Of a stretch of DNA of 64,000 bases, positions 22,010 through 32,066 are shown piece after piece (position 1 is the first letter of the stretch; every line of letters starts with the position of its first letter). Under the pieces are notes generated by a model. That model made no database searches, was not told where the DNA came from, and saw nothing but the letters and a program-made list of their open reading frames with translations. This DNA comes from an uncultured Actinomycetes bacterium (GTDB taxonomy: Bacteria > Actinomycetota > Acidimicrobiia > IMCC26256 > JACDBD01): positions 3,939 through 67,938 of the forward strand of contig CAWAGI010000008.1 of assembly GCA_963781615.1 (NCBI GenBank), given 5' to 3'. Position numbers and translations under genes: made by a program.

Positions 22010-22440
22010 TCCGAAACCCCTCGGCTCCTTGGGCCGGGTCGCCCCATCCCGCGCTCTGACCTGCCGTTTTCTGGCCGCGGCCGCCGGGGAAGGCTGAACA
22101 GACGCTCGAGAAGGGGGCGGAGTCATGAGACGTTTCGATCTCGGCGTGTTCGAGCCCGCCGATCGCACCTCGTACGCCAGCATCGACGGAGACCGGCGCC
22201 GCGGCAACGACCTCGGCGACCTGGTCTCCCTCGCAACCTTCCTCGGCCCAGAGTTGCATCGCGCTCGACGGCGCAGGACGCGCCGCCGTCGTGATGAAGC
22301 AGTGGGCTGACGGCGACGCGGCTCTTCTCGCGGAAGCCGAGACGATCGCTCACCGTGAGCACCACGAGGATGCGGCCGAGATCCTCCATCACGCTCACGA
22401 CCTCGCGGCCGCCTGACGAACCACGATCAACCGTGCGGGC

Positions 22441-22467
22441 TGAACCGCGCCTCGACGGCGCGGTTCA
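22441..22467 (-). terminator. Perfect 11-bp inverted repeat downstream of the DUF1269 gene
   Basis: TGAACCGCGCC-TCGAC-GGCGCGGTTCA. Confidence 0.65.
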
Positions 22468-22476
22468 ACCGCCTCC

Positions 22477-22971
22477 TTACTTCTCCGCGGTCTCGATCTC
22501 CTTCTTCAGCTCAGCCGCGTCGGCGTCCACCTGCTTCTGCAAGACCTTCTGCGCACGCGTGACGGCCTTCTGGATCTCCTCGTCGATCCTCGACTCGCCC
22601 ATCACGATCAACGCGGCGTTGCCCTCGTCCAGCGCCTCGCCGAGGTCCTTGAGGTCGCCGCGTGACATGCCCTTCCGCAGGTGGCCGATCACGCCCCCGG
22701 CGGTGCCACCGACGATGGCGGTGCCGACGATCGACGGCGGGAACAGGATGCCGGCGAGCGCGCCGACCCCGATGCCCGTCCAGGCGCCGTGCTGCGTCGG
22801 CTTCTCGCGCTTGTGAACGTGGACCTTGTCGTCCTCTTTCTCGATCACCGCGGCGTCGAAAGTCCCGATGGCCTTCGCTGCGTGAAGATCGAAGACGGCG
22901 TCGTAGTCGCTCTCGGCATCAGGGATGTTGTCGTACACCGCGGCGTAGAGGAACACGGGTCGGTCAGCCAT
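22477..22971 (-). CDS. DUF1269 domain protein
   Basis: DAAVIEKEDDKVHV, glycine-zipper GAWTGIGVGALAG, LKDLGEALDEGNAALIV; GGAGG RBS. Confidence 0.85.
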   Translation of the reverse strand: MADRPVFLYAAVYDNIPDAESDYDAVFDLHAAKAIGTFDAAVIEKEDDKVHVHKREKPTQHGAWTGIGVGALAGILFPPSIVGTAIVGGTAGGVIGHLRKGMSRGDLKDLGEALDEGNAALIVMGESRIDEEIQKAVTRAQKVLQKQVDADAAELKKEIETAEK

Positions 22972-23093
22972 TTCTCGACTCCTCCGTCGGTGGGGGGAAT
23001 GTGAGCACCTGCTCCGAACTGACCGTACGAAGGAGCACCGGAAAACGCATCACCCCGGCGGGATGATTCGAGAGACGTTCGACGAACGAGCGT

Positions 23094-24026
23094 TCAGCGT
23101 GCGAGCGAGGCCGTGCGGGTGTACCAGTCGACGTAGCGGCGAAGCCCGTCGGAGAAAGGTGTCTCCGCCTCCCACCCCAGCACGCGTTTCGCCTTTTCGC
23201 CCGAGATGACCCGGCCTTCGTAGTCGCCCGGGCTGAGCGGACCGCCCTCGATCGTGAACGGCGATCCGAGCAGGTCGCGGACCTCTTCGGCGATCCGCCG
23301 GATCGTGATGGGTTCGGGGCCCTTGAGGTTGAACACCTCGTTCTCGGCGTCGCCGGAAAGCGCGGCCAGGTGGGCGCCGGCGAGGTCGTCGACGTACACG
23401 TAGTTGCGGAACTGCGAGCCGTCGCCGTTGACCGTGTTCGCCTGGCCCTCGAGCGCCTGCCGCACGAACCGCGGGATCACGAGGTTCTCCGACATGCCCG
23501 GCCCGTACACGTCGCCGTAGCGCAAGATCGTGAACGGGGTGCCGTAGAGCTCGCAGTAGTTGTGGGCGATGAGCTCTTCGGTGATCTTCGACGACGTGTA
23601 GATGTGCCCCGCGCTCGGGAGATGGAACGGCGCGTCCTCGTCGATCGGGGCGTCGCCGTGCGCGCCGGCGTAGACCCACGCCGTGCTCGCCAGCACCGTC
23701 CGGCGCACCTCGTTGCGCCGGCTGGCCTCGAAGACGTTCGCCGCGCCCGCGACGTTCACCTGGACGGCCGAGACCGGACGCGCCAAGGCGTCGCCGGCGT
23801 CGGACATCCCCGCCAGGTGGAACACGGTGTCGAGGTCACGCGTCGCCTGGACCAGCTCCGCAAGATCCAGCACGTCGACGTGCCGGTACGCGAGGTCCGA
23901 TCGCTGGGGGCGGTGCTGATCGAGGACGACCACGTCGGAGCCGGCAGCGGTCATCCGATCCGCCACGCACGACCCGATGAACCCCGAACCGCCGGTGATG
24001 CCGATTCGTCCCGCCGGTTCCTGCAT
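23094..24026 (-). CDS. NAD-dependent epimerase/dehydratase (NDP-sugar)
   Basis: ITGGSGFIG, FHLAG, YTSSK (YxxxK), LRYGDVYGP, GDGSQFRNYVYVDDLA. Confidence 0.92.
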   Translation of the reverse strand: MQEPAGRIGITGGSGFIGSCVADRMTAAGSDVVVLDQHRPQRSDLAYRHVDVLDLAELVQATRDLDTVFHLAGMSDAGDALARPVSAVQVNVAGAANVFEASRRNEVRRTVLASTAWVYAGAHGDAPIDEDAPFHLPSAGHIYTSSKITEELIAHNYCELYGTPFTILRYGDVYGPGMSENLVIPRFVRQALEGQANTVNGDGSQFRNYVYVDDLAGAHLAALSGDAENEVFNLKGPEPITIRRIAEEVRDLLGSPFTIEGGPLSPGDYEGRVISGEKAKRVLGWEAETPFSDGLRRYVDWYTRTASLAR

Positions 24027-24089
24027 CGCGCTCCCGGTCGTCGTTACCTGGTAGAGCCGAGGTTACGCTCCTGAGTCCTCCGTCAAGTC

Positions 24090-24240
24090 TCAGTGCGCGA
24101 CGAGGATGGTCTTGACGAGGGCGATGAGAACACTGAGCGCGAGCGCGGTCACACGCGTAGAGACACGCCGCACGCGCGGCCTATCCGCGATCCGGGCGAG
24201 GAAGTAGGCGACGACACCGATGAGGAGGGCAGGCAGTCCC
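24090..24240 (-). pseudogene. Degraded 3' fragment paralogous to the membrane protein at 7411..7947
   Basis: LPALLIGVVAYFLARIADRPRV..CLY..TALALSVLIALVKTILVAH* versus VPALLIGIVAYVVARIAGRPRVISCLYGITALALGVLIALVKSILAAH*. Confidence 0.8.
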
Positions 24241-24260
24241 GGACACGACAACGTCGCCGC

Positions 24261-25430
24261 TCAGCGGCCGCCTGGTGCCGACGTGAGGACGGGGACAGGT
24301 TCCGCGTCACGCCGTCGGACGTGACGCGCGGCATTGATCACTCGGAACCCGAAATAGGCGAGCGAGAGCGGAAGTGCGATGGCGAACACGACCATCGTGG
24401 CCGCCTGGTCGGCGTTGGAGACGACGGGAGGCGCCAGGTGCCTCATCGGCGTGCCGATCCTGTCGTGCAGCAGGAACAAGGCCGCGCCCGCGAGCAGTAC
24501 GGCAGCAGCGAGCACCACTCGCGAGCGTGTGAGCATGGCACCAAGGTCGTCGCTCACCGTGTGCACGGCCCGCGGGATTCGGACCCGGTCGCCGACCGCC
24601 GACCACGGAAAGAAGATCGAGTACGCGACGACACTCCCGGTGAAGTCGATGCCGAAGGCGAGGAAGATGGCGAAGTGGAAGACGACGGCCGCCGCGCAGA
24701 ACAGGCGCAGCCGTCGCGGTGAGACGATCGCGATCGCGAATCCCAGCTCGAAGAGCACCGTCAGGTAGTCGAGCGGCTTCCAGAGCAGCGCGCTCGTCGA
24801 CTCGAGCGGCAACGTGCCGAGCAGGCCGTCGTCCGGGGCCACGAAGTGGTAGTGCACGACATGCGAGCGCACTGCAAGCGTCGAGGGATCGATCCACCCA
24901 GAGGCGAGCTTCGGCAGCACCGCCGTGAGCATCAGGAACCCCAGCACCAGCGCCGCGAGCGCGACTGGCCACGCCTCGGCCTGCCGCTCGGCGCGCCCGG
25001 GTTGGCGGACGGCGTCGACCGAGTAGGCATCGCCCCAGTTGGACGCGGCCATGATCACGAGCACCGCCGCGAGGTAGGTGCCGGAATGGTGGATGTGGCC
25101 GAAGGAGTACGTGAACCCGTCGACCGTCAAGAGCAGCAGTCCCGTCACGCAGGAAGCGAGCCGTGTGTGATAACCGACGAGGAGCGCGACGGTCGTCACC
25201 GACAGCACGACGGAGAGGGCTGTGAGCGCTCCAGAGGACGGCACGTCACCGATCAACCGCAACGGCCCCGGCGGTGGACGGTAGAAGGCCTCCGGGAGCG
25301 AGCTCATCCAGCGCACGTCCGGGAATCGCTACAGGACGAGATACGTCGCGACGAGAATCCGTGAGATCGCGAGCGATCGAGGCGTGGGCGTGAAGGAATC
25401 GAACATCCAGTGGTCGAGACGGCGACCCAT
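24261..25430 (-). CDS. HTTM-like multi-pass membrane protein (frameshift near 25320)
   Basis: LLVGYHTR, SFGHIHHS, WGDAYSVD, AVLPKLASGW, TVLFELGF, VFHFAIFLAFGIDF; N-terminus MGRRLDHWMF in adjacent frame. Confidence 0.75.
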
Positions 25431-25434
25431 CGCG

Positions 25435-26016
25435 CTAGTCGCCGAGAGGCACGACCAACCGGGCGAAGGGCCTCACCATCGACGCGGTGGCGCGCTGGTC
25501 GGCGTAGCGGTGCTCGTCCCAAGTGATCTCGAGCGAACGCGGCGTCTGCCCCGGATAGAGCTTCGCGATTCGGTCGCGAAACCAGGCAACGGTCCCCGGG
25601 TCGCGCAGCGTCGCAGAGAGGTTGCGGGCGCCGGATCGGAACGAGGGCTGCTGGAGGAAGAGGCGGAACTGCGCCGGCGTCGACGTGGGGTGCGCCTCCG
25701 ACGAGCGGGGCGCGAGCACCGTGTAACGATCGAGTCGGCGACGACGCCGGGAGCGGGTTGGAGCAGCTGCTGGTACGGCACGACGACGAGCCGGTCGGGA
25801 TCTCTGAACCGCACCGTGAGCGTCGGGCGTACGAGCCGCACCGCGCTCACCGTCGTCAGGAGCGCCGGGGAAGCTCGGGAACACGAAGCTGGGGTAGGGC
25901 TCCTGCGCGGCGTACGCGTAGCCGGCCTGGGCGATGAGCAGCGCGACCACGGCGAGGAACACGACGCGCACGAACCTCCGGCATCGTGCGCTCGGGCGCG
26001 GCGCCCCTTCGGTCAT
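25435..26016 (-). CDS. Membrane-anchored partner of the HTTM protein (internal frameshifts)
   Basis: TM helix followed by EPYPSFVFPSFP; stop lies 4 nt upstream of the HTTM start. Confidence 0.6.
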   Translation of the reverse strand: MTEGAPRPSARCRRFVRVVFLAVVALLIAQAGYAYAAQEPYPSFVFPSFPGAPDDGERGAARTPDAHGAVQRSRPARRRAVPAAAPTRSRRRRRLDRYTVLAPRSSEAHPTSTPAQFRLFLQQPSFRSGARNLSATLRDPGTVAWFRDRIAKLYPGQTPRSLEITWDEHRYADQRATASMVRPFARLVVPLGD

Positions 26017-26050
26017 GCGACGGCGGAGGTGCACGCGGCGCCGGCGCGCA

Positions 26051-27064
26051 TCACGCGGTGTCCCAGCTCGCACGGTGGATCACGCGAGCCGGGCCGGCAC
26101 GGGCTCGCCGGCGTTCGCACGCCGCGACCACGCGCGGTGTCACGACGCGATCGAGCGCGGCACGCGCGCGGTGGACGACAGCGCGTATGCGTCCACGGAG
26201 GCCGTCTCCCGACTCCTGTCGTCGCCCGAGCCGCCGCTCGCGATGCCCCTGACGGAAGATGTCGTCGATGGCCAGGTCCGTGAGCTGCCAGGAGTCGTTG
26301 AACCGGCGGAACGATCGCTCGGCCCACTCGTCGCTCCAGCGCGGCAGGTAGAAGCGGTAGTCGGCCAGCGTGTTGCGCTTCGGCCACGGGTACCGCACCA
26401 CGACCGACGGCTCGAACCAGATCTCGCCGCCTATGGCCACAACCTGCAGCGAGAGGGTCGAATGCTCCCGCGCCGCGATCAGGCCGTCGTCGAAGGGGCC
26501 GATGCGCCGGAGCACGCCCACCCGGGCGAGGAGGCCGTGCGCCTCCACGTACTCGGTCGGGGCTCGCGTGAGCTCGGCCAGAGCGCCGACGGGGCGATGC
26601 ATATGCGTGTTGTGCTCTTCGAAGCGCCGAGCCGTCCCGTCGCTCACGATCCGACACGTTCCGCCGGCAAAGTGGATCTCCCAGCGGTCCCGTCGCCCCC
26701 ACAGGACGGCCGCCGCGACCAACACCACGCCCGTGTCGTCCGCGCATCGCTCCAACCCCTCCAACCATCCGTCGTCGACGAACGTGTCGTTGTCGAGAAA
26801 GCACACGTATTCGGTGTCGACGTGGCGCATGGCCTCGTTGCGGGCCTCGTTGGACGTCATCACGGCGTCGCGATGGATGAGCGTAAAATCGTGATCGTCC
26901 GCGAGATGTGCGAGGCGTCGCCAGATCCGCCGCGGTGCACCGCCGTCGACGACCACGATCCGGCTGGGCGCGGGCGTGCGTTCGACCAACGTCTCGAGCA
27001 TCCGCGGTGTCACGCTGTACGACTCGCGCGGCACCACAGCGATCGTCGTTCGTGGCTGGCCCAT
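26051..27064 (-). CDS. Glycosyltransferase family 2
   Basis: IAVVPRESYS, IVVVDGG, ARNEA, YVCFLDND, GPFDDGL, REHSTL. Confidence 0.9.
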   Translation of the reverse strand: MGQPRTTIAVVPRESYSVTPRMLETLVERTPAPSRIVVVDGGAPRRIWRRLAHLADDHDFTLIHRDAVMTSNEARNEAMRHVDTEYVCFLDNDTFVDDGWLEGLERCADDTGVVLVAAAVLWGRRDRWEIHFAGGTCRIVSDGTARRFEEHNTHMHRPVGALAELTRAPTEYVEAHGLLARVGVLRRIGPFDDGLIAAREHSTLSLQVVAIGGEIWFEPSVVVRYPWPKRNTLADYRFYLPRWSDEWAERSFRRFNDSWQLTDLAIDDIFRQGHRERRLGRRQESGDGLRGRIRAVVHRARAALDRVVTPRVVAACERRRARAGPARVIHRASWDTA

Positions 27065-27118
27065 AGCCGGATCCCCCCGTCCCGGCCACGGTAACACGCG
27101 TGCGAGGATGCTTCCGTC

Positions 27119-28234
27119 GTGAGGATCCTCTTCCTGACCCCGTTGTACGTTCCGCACGTCGGCGGCCTCGAGACGCTCGTCCGCCAGCTTGCCGGTGCGC
27201 TCCAAGCACGGGGTAACGATGTTGCGATCGTCACCTCGCACGGTCGCGAGGTCGCCTCCGGCGACGACGTCGTCGACGGTGTGCCAGTGCGCCGCGTCGG
27301 CGCACACGATGTCGTCGAAGCCCGGGACGCGGCGGCGATCCTCCGCGTCGAGCTCGATATCCTCCGGTTCGCCCGGGATTTCGCGCCGGACATCGTGCAT
27401 TCGCACGACGCGGGCCCGGTCCTGTGGATGTACTCGCGGGTGGCACGCCGCGACCCGCGACCGCTCGTCGTCACGTTGCACAACGTGATGACACGCAAGT
27501 TCGCGTCGGTGCTCCCCGTGCTTGCAAAGATGCTCCGCGACGCCGATTGGATCACGGCCGTGTCGCAGGCAGTTGCCGACGACGTACTCGAGTACGAGCC
27601 TTCGGTGGCGTCACGTACATCGGTCATCGTCAACGGGATCGTGCCACCGGTGCGCGACGCATCGGCGGTCCCGGACGGCCCACCGAAATTGCTCTGCATG
27701 GGAAGGCTCGACCGGCAAAAGGGCTTCGACATCGCCATCGCCGCATTCGAGCGGCTCTGCGGCCCGTGCCCGGATGTCCGGCTCGTTGTCGCCGGTGATG
27801 GGCCCGAGCGCAATCGTCTGATCGCACTGGCGTGCTCGCTCGGCGTCGACGACCGGGTCGACTTCGTCGGCGAGGTCGACCGAGCGCAGGTCGGGGCGCT
27901 GCTCAACGCGTGCACCGCCGTCGTCATGCCGTCGCGGTTCGAGGGCTTGCCGCTCGTCGCGCTGGAAGCGGCGTGGGCCGGGCGACCGGTCGTCGCGGCC
28001 GCGGCTCCTGGTCTGACCGACGCCGTCGTGCCCGGTGAGACCGCAGTGATGGTCCCGGCCGAGGACGCCGACGCGCTGGCGAAGGGCATCGCCGAGCTCC
28101 TCGCCGCCCCTCGGCGCGCCGGCGAGTTGGGCCGGAGCGGACGCGCTGTCGCCGAGAGTCGTTACTCGCTCGATCGCTGCGTCGACGACTACGAGCTCGT
28201 CTACCACCGTGTCCTGGGGAAGGGCCTTTGCTAG
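27119..28234 (+). CDS. Glycosyltransferase family 4
   Basis: YVPHVGGLET, GRLDRQKGFD, PSRFEGLPLVALEA (Ex7E). Confidence 0.93.
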   Translation: MRILFLTPLYVPHVGGLETLVRQLAGALQARGNDVAIVTSHGREVASGDDVVDGVPVRRVGAHDVVEARDAAAILRVELDILRFARDFAPDIVHSHDAGPVLWMYSRVARRDPRPLVVTLHNVMTRKFASVLPVLAKMLRDADWITAVSQAVADDVLEYEPSVASRTSVIVNGIVPPVRDASAVPDGPPKLLCMGRLDRQKGFDIAIAAFERLCGPCPDVRLVVAGDGPERNRLIALACSLGVDDRVDFVGEVDRAQVGALLNACTAVVMPSRFEGLPLVALEAAWAGRPVVAAAAPGLTDAVVPGETAVMVPAEDADALAKGIAELLAAPRRAGELGRSGRAVAESRYSLDRCVDDYELVYHRVLGKGLC

Positions 28235-28275
28235 CGTGCCCCGGCGTGACGGCGAGTGTGGGGCACGCGCAATCC

Positions 28276-28695
28276 GTGTTCGAGGTACGCCCGACCGTGA
28301 GGCACGAGCGCCTCGACGACGAGGTCATCGCGATCGACCTCGAGAGTGGCGCGTACTTCGCGTTGGACGACGTCGCCGCTGTCTGCTGGTCGATCCTCGC
28401 CGCCGGCGGGACCCTCGACGCGGCGGTCGACGCGACCGTCGCATGCTTCGACGTCGCATCTGAGACCGTGCAGCGTGACGTCGAGGGCTTCGTCGACGAG
28501 CTCGTCCGGGTCGGACTGCTCGCGCCGGCCGACGGGTCACCGGAACACGCCCGGGTGCCGCACACGGAGCAGGACGACCGTGCATATAAGCCGCCGGCCA
28601 TCGAGCGCTTCGACGACCTCGAGGAGCTCCTCGTGCTCGACCCGATTCACGAGGTCGAGGAGGCCGGCTGGCCGGCCACTCCCGCCGACCGGTAG
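28276..28695 (+). CDS. PqqD/RRE-domain protein with leader-peptide-like C-terminal tail
   Basis: HERLDDEVIAIDLESGAYFALDDVAAVCW...DVEGFVDELVRVGLL; tail YKPPAIERFDDLEELLVLDPIHEVEEAGWP. Confidence 0.88.
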   Translation: MFEVRPTVRHERLDDEVIAIDLESGAYFALDDVAAVCWSILAAGGTLDAAVDATVACFDVASETVQRDVEGFVDELVRVGLLAPADGSPEHARVPHTEQDDRAYKPPAIERFDDLEELLVLDPIHEVEEAGWPATPADR

Positions 28696-28707
28696 CCGGG
28701 CAGAGCG

Positions 28708-29403
28708 TTGGCCACCGACGATGCCGGCCGCGTCAGCGTCGTCGTCGCCGTCCGCGACGGGGAGCGCTACCTTGCCGAGGCGCTCGACAGCATCCTCGGC
28801 CAGTCCGCTCCGCCGGGTGATGTGGTCGTCGTGGACGACGGCTCCACCGACGGGACTGGAGCGGTGCTCGAGCCGTACGAGCGCCGGGTCCGGGTCGTGG
28901 CACAGCCGGCCGAGGGCGTCGCTGCCGCGATGAACCGCGGGATCGCGGCGTCGACGGGCGAGATGCTCGCGTTCCTCGACGCCGACGACGTGTGGCCCCC
29001 GACCTCGCTCGAGTGCAGGCTCGCCCGCCTCGCGATTCCCGACCGGCCGGACGCCGTCTTCGGTCGGATCGCCCAGTTCGTGAGCCCAGAGCTCGGCCCG
29101 GCCGCGGCGAGCACATTCCGGTTCGACCCCGCCCCCGTCCACGCGCCCATGTTTCAGACGATGCTGATCCGGCGCGAGGCCTTCGACCGAGTCGGCGCCC
29201 TCGCCACCGACTACGTGATCGGAGCGAACATCGACTGGTCGTCGCGTGCTCGCGCCGCCCACGTGCGCACCGCGCTGGTCGAGGACGTCGTCGCGTTGCG
29301 ACGGCTCCACGGATCGAACCTCGGCGTCACCGAGCGCCGGCGACAGACGGAGGACCTCGTCCGCGTCGTGCGCGCCCATCGTCGGCGCACGCTGTCGAGC
29401 TGA
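28708..29403 (+). CDS. Glycosyltransferase family 2
   Basis: VSVVVAVRDGERYLAEAL, VVVDDGSTD, AFLDADD. Confidence 0.92.
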   Translation: MATDDAGRVSVVVAVRDGERYLAEALDSILGQSAPPGDVVVVDDGSTDGTGAVLEPYERRVRVVAQPAEGVAAAMNRGIAASTGEMLAFLDADDVWPPTSLECRLARLAIPDRPDAVFGRIAQFVSPELGPAAASTFRFDPAPVHAPMFQTMLIRREAFDRVGALATDYVIGANIDWSSRARAAHVRTALVEDVVALRRLHGSNLGVTERRRQTEDLVRVVRAHRRRTLSS

Positions 29404-29413
29404 GAAGACCTCG

Positions 29414-31025
29414 TCACCCTTCGACGACGCGCACGGCACGGAGCTGGACCGATGGCCGCGCATCACCCGGGCCCCGATCCCTCCGGGCCGGCGCGAACGG
29501 CTGCTGCGGTCGGATCACCACGTCGATCGGCCGGCACCAGTCACCCAGCCAGCCCGGGACGTCCAGGCGCGGCGGCGTGTAGTCGCCGCTGCTCCCGAAC
29601 CGCCACTCCGCCAGCGGCCGCCCGTTCACGAGCACGACCGCGCGCGGGTTGGGGCTGCGGTGCGCGTCGTCGCCGAAGCGGAACTCGATTGCGAGCTGCC
29701 GCCCCCGCGGCACCGTGGTGTCGAGCGCCAGGCGCGCTTCTGCCCCGTCCGTCCACACGCCATCGAGCATCGGCCAGCTCCAACCCGATCCGGCGACGCG
29801 ATCGAGCGCGGCTGCGGTCGTGAGCTCGATCCACTCCCCGGGACGGAGGGCGCGCGGCGCCGGCGGGCGGGCGAACGGGCCGAGCCCGCGGAGCGCCGCC
29901 ACCTCGATTCGGCGCGGCCGCCCGACGAGCGCGAGCGCGGCGCTGACCGCCGGATACCGGCAGAGCGCAGGCTCGATGCGCCGCCGAAACATGTCGCGTG
30001 CGGCTCGGATTGGACGTGTCTCGTCGCCGTGCACGGCGGCGGCGCGCGCCAGCTCGCTCAGCCGCGGGAAGGATCGGCCGCGGATCGTGCCCGTCTCCGT
30101 TCGCGGCGAGAAGCCACTCACGGACCCCCGCTCGGTCACGATCCATCTCCGCCGCCGCGCCTCGAATGGAGGAGGCGCCGAGCGCCCTCGCCATGGTGTC
30201 CAGTGCCTCGCTTGCCAGGTCGTGCACGCCGAGCTCGCGAGCGCGACGGGCGAGCTGTCGCCCGTCGACGTGGTCGAGCACGCCGGCAACGTCTGCGATC
30301 CATGCCAGGCGGTGTGCGGGCTCGCTGTGCGAGGCGTGCTCGATCAGGTGCAGAACCTGGTCGGCCTCGTCGAGCGCGAGCAACTCGATCTCCCCGAAGC
30401 AGACGCGGCGGGTGCGGCGGAACAGCTTGTCGTCGACGCTGCCCGCTCTCACCGCCTCGAACGCGTGCCAGTGCAAGTCGAAATTGTCGTAAGGCGTGCC
30501 CCGTTCGTAGTTCCAGCCATGGCGTCGCAGCACCAGCCGCCGGGCGAGGAACTCGGACGAGACCCCGCCCCGTGCGACCCATCCGGCCGCATCGAGCGCC
30601 CGGGCGGCCTGCATCGCGCTTCCCGCGGGGACGAGCAGGTCGACATCGCCCATCTCACGGGCGCCCCATGGGCATCGCCCCGAGGCAAGAAGTGCGGCAC
30701 CCTTCATGAGCACGGTCGGGATGCGGGCGTGGGCAAGCGAGCGCAACGCGGGAGCGACGGCGTGGCTGCGAAGCTGGTTCGCCGTCCAGACCCATCGGTA
30801 CTTGCCCCGCAACCGGGGCGGCAGGCAGTCGGCGCTGCCCTGGGCCGCGAGGTTTGCGTACACGCGGGGGAGGAGCCGCGCCTCGTCGAACGGCAGGTCG
30901 TCGAGTTCGACGCCCGCGAACCACTCCTCCCACACGGCGCGCGCCTGCGGGCCCGACACTGCGGCGGCACGGAGGAGGAGACGGTCGCGCGGGCCCGGTT
31001 CGCTGAACCTTGTGCGACGTCCCAT
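29414..31025 (-). CDS. Nucleotidyltransferase (NTP_transf_5-like) with C-terminal beta-sandwich domain; frameshift near 30110
   Basis: VLMKGAAL, REMGDVDLLV, DLHW, WIADV; C-terminal GSGWSWPMLDGVWTDGAEARL. Confidence 0.85.
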
Positions 31026-32066
31026 TCAGGTGCAGTGCACGAGGCCGGCGACGGCGTCGGCGATCTCGTCGGCGTCGTCGCCGAGCTCGAGCACGAATCC
31101 CGGAACGCACTCGGCGACCCGAGCGAGAAGGCAGAGCGTGTGCTGGGTCGCGCCGAACAGGCCGAACACGGTGCTTGGCGCCATCGCGCGCAGGACTGTG
31201 CCGGGCGTGGTGGGCTCCAGGCGCACGCGTCCGGTGAGCCGCGGGACGACGATGGCGCGCAGGGGCGCGCTCGTGGCGAGGAGACGGTCGTAGGAGCCGG
31301 CGAGGTCGAGGATCGCCTTCTCGCGGTCGAGGCGGTCCGCGTTACGCACCGTCGGGCGGAATTCCGGAAGCCGCTCGAGTGCGTCCGGTTGCAGCTTCGC
31401 GGTCGTGTACACACGGTGCACGACCGGCGGAGCGCCCCCGTCGACCAGGCAGTAGTCGTCCCCGAAGAACTGCATGCCCGCGCGCAAGCACGTCAAGGAC
31501 GTCGTCGACTTGCCGGCGCCTGCCCCGCCGACGAGCAGCGCGGCCCCCGCCGGACCGGCGACGGCCGCCGCGTGCGTGAGCTGCATGCCGCGACACGCAG
31601 CCCACCACGAGAGGATGAGCCGCAAGGGTGACGCCGACTGCCAGTAGGCCATGAGCCGCGCGTCCTCGATCCAGAAGCGGGCGTGCGACGTCGCCCGGTC
31701 GAAGAGGCTGAGCGACGCCGTGTGCACGTCCACCGCGGTGAGGAATCGCTCGTCGCAGTACGTTTTGACCAGCCCCAGGGGCCGGAGGTCCTCGGGGTGC
31801 CAGGGGGCCTCGCCGATCGGCATGCCCGAGGTCGCGCTGTCGAACATGTCGACGACCAGGTCCGGTGCAGTCGGCGGAACCATCTCCGCCGACGGGCGCG
31901 CGAGCGCCGGATCGGTGCGCGCGACCAGCTCGGCGCCGGCGGCGCGCACGAGCACCTGCTTGCCCGCGATCTCGTAACAGCGGTCATGACGCCCGCAGGC
32001 CTCGGCGGCGGCGTCGAACAGCGCGCCCGCGCCGGCAAAGTACCGGCGGGCGGACGAGCTGCTCAT
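31026..32066 (-). CDS. HPr kinase-like P-loop kinase
   Basis: LTHAAAV, LLVGGAGAGKSTT (Walker A), FFGDDYCLV; ATGA-coupled to the upstream gene. Confidence 0.88.
   Translation of the reverse strand: MSSSSARRYFAGAGALFDAAAEACGRHDRCYEIAGKQVLVRAAGAELVARTDPALARPSAEMVPPTAPDLVVDMFDSATSGMPIGEAPWHPEDLRPLGLVKTYCDERFLTAVDVHTASLSLFDRATSHARFWIEDARLMAYWQSASPLRLILSWWAACRGMQLTHAAAVAGPAGAALLVGGAGAGKSTTSLTCLRAGMQFFGDDYCLVDGGAPPVVHRVYTTAKLQPDALERLPEFRPTVRNADRLDREKAILDLAGSYDRLLATSAPLRAIVVPRLTGRVRLEPTTPGTVLRAMAPSTVFGLFGATQHTLCLLARVAECVPGFVLELGDDADEIADAVAGLVHCT

Noticed and set aside
22123-22398. Small ORFs between the SGNH and DUF1269 genes
   Set aside because: No recognisable motif; cannot support a call.
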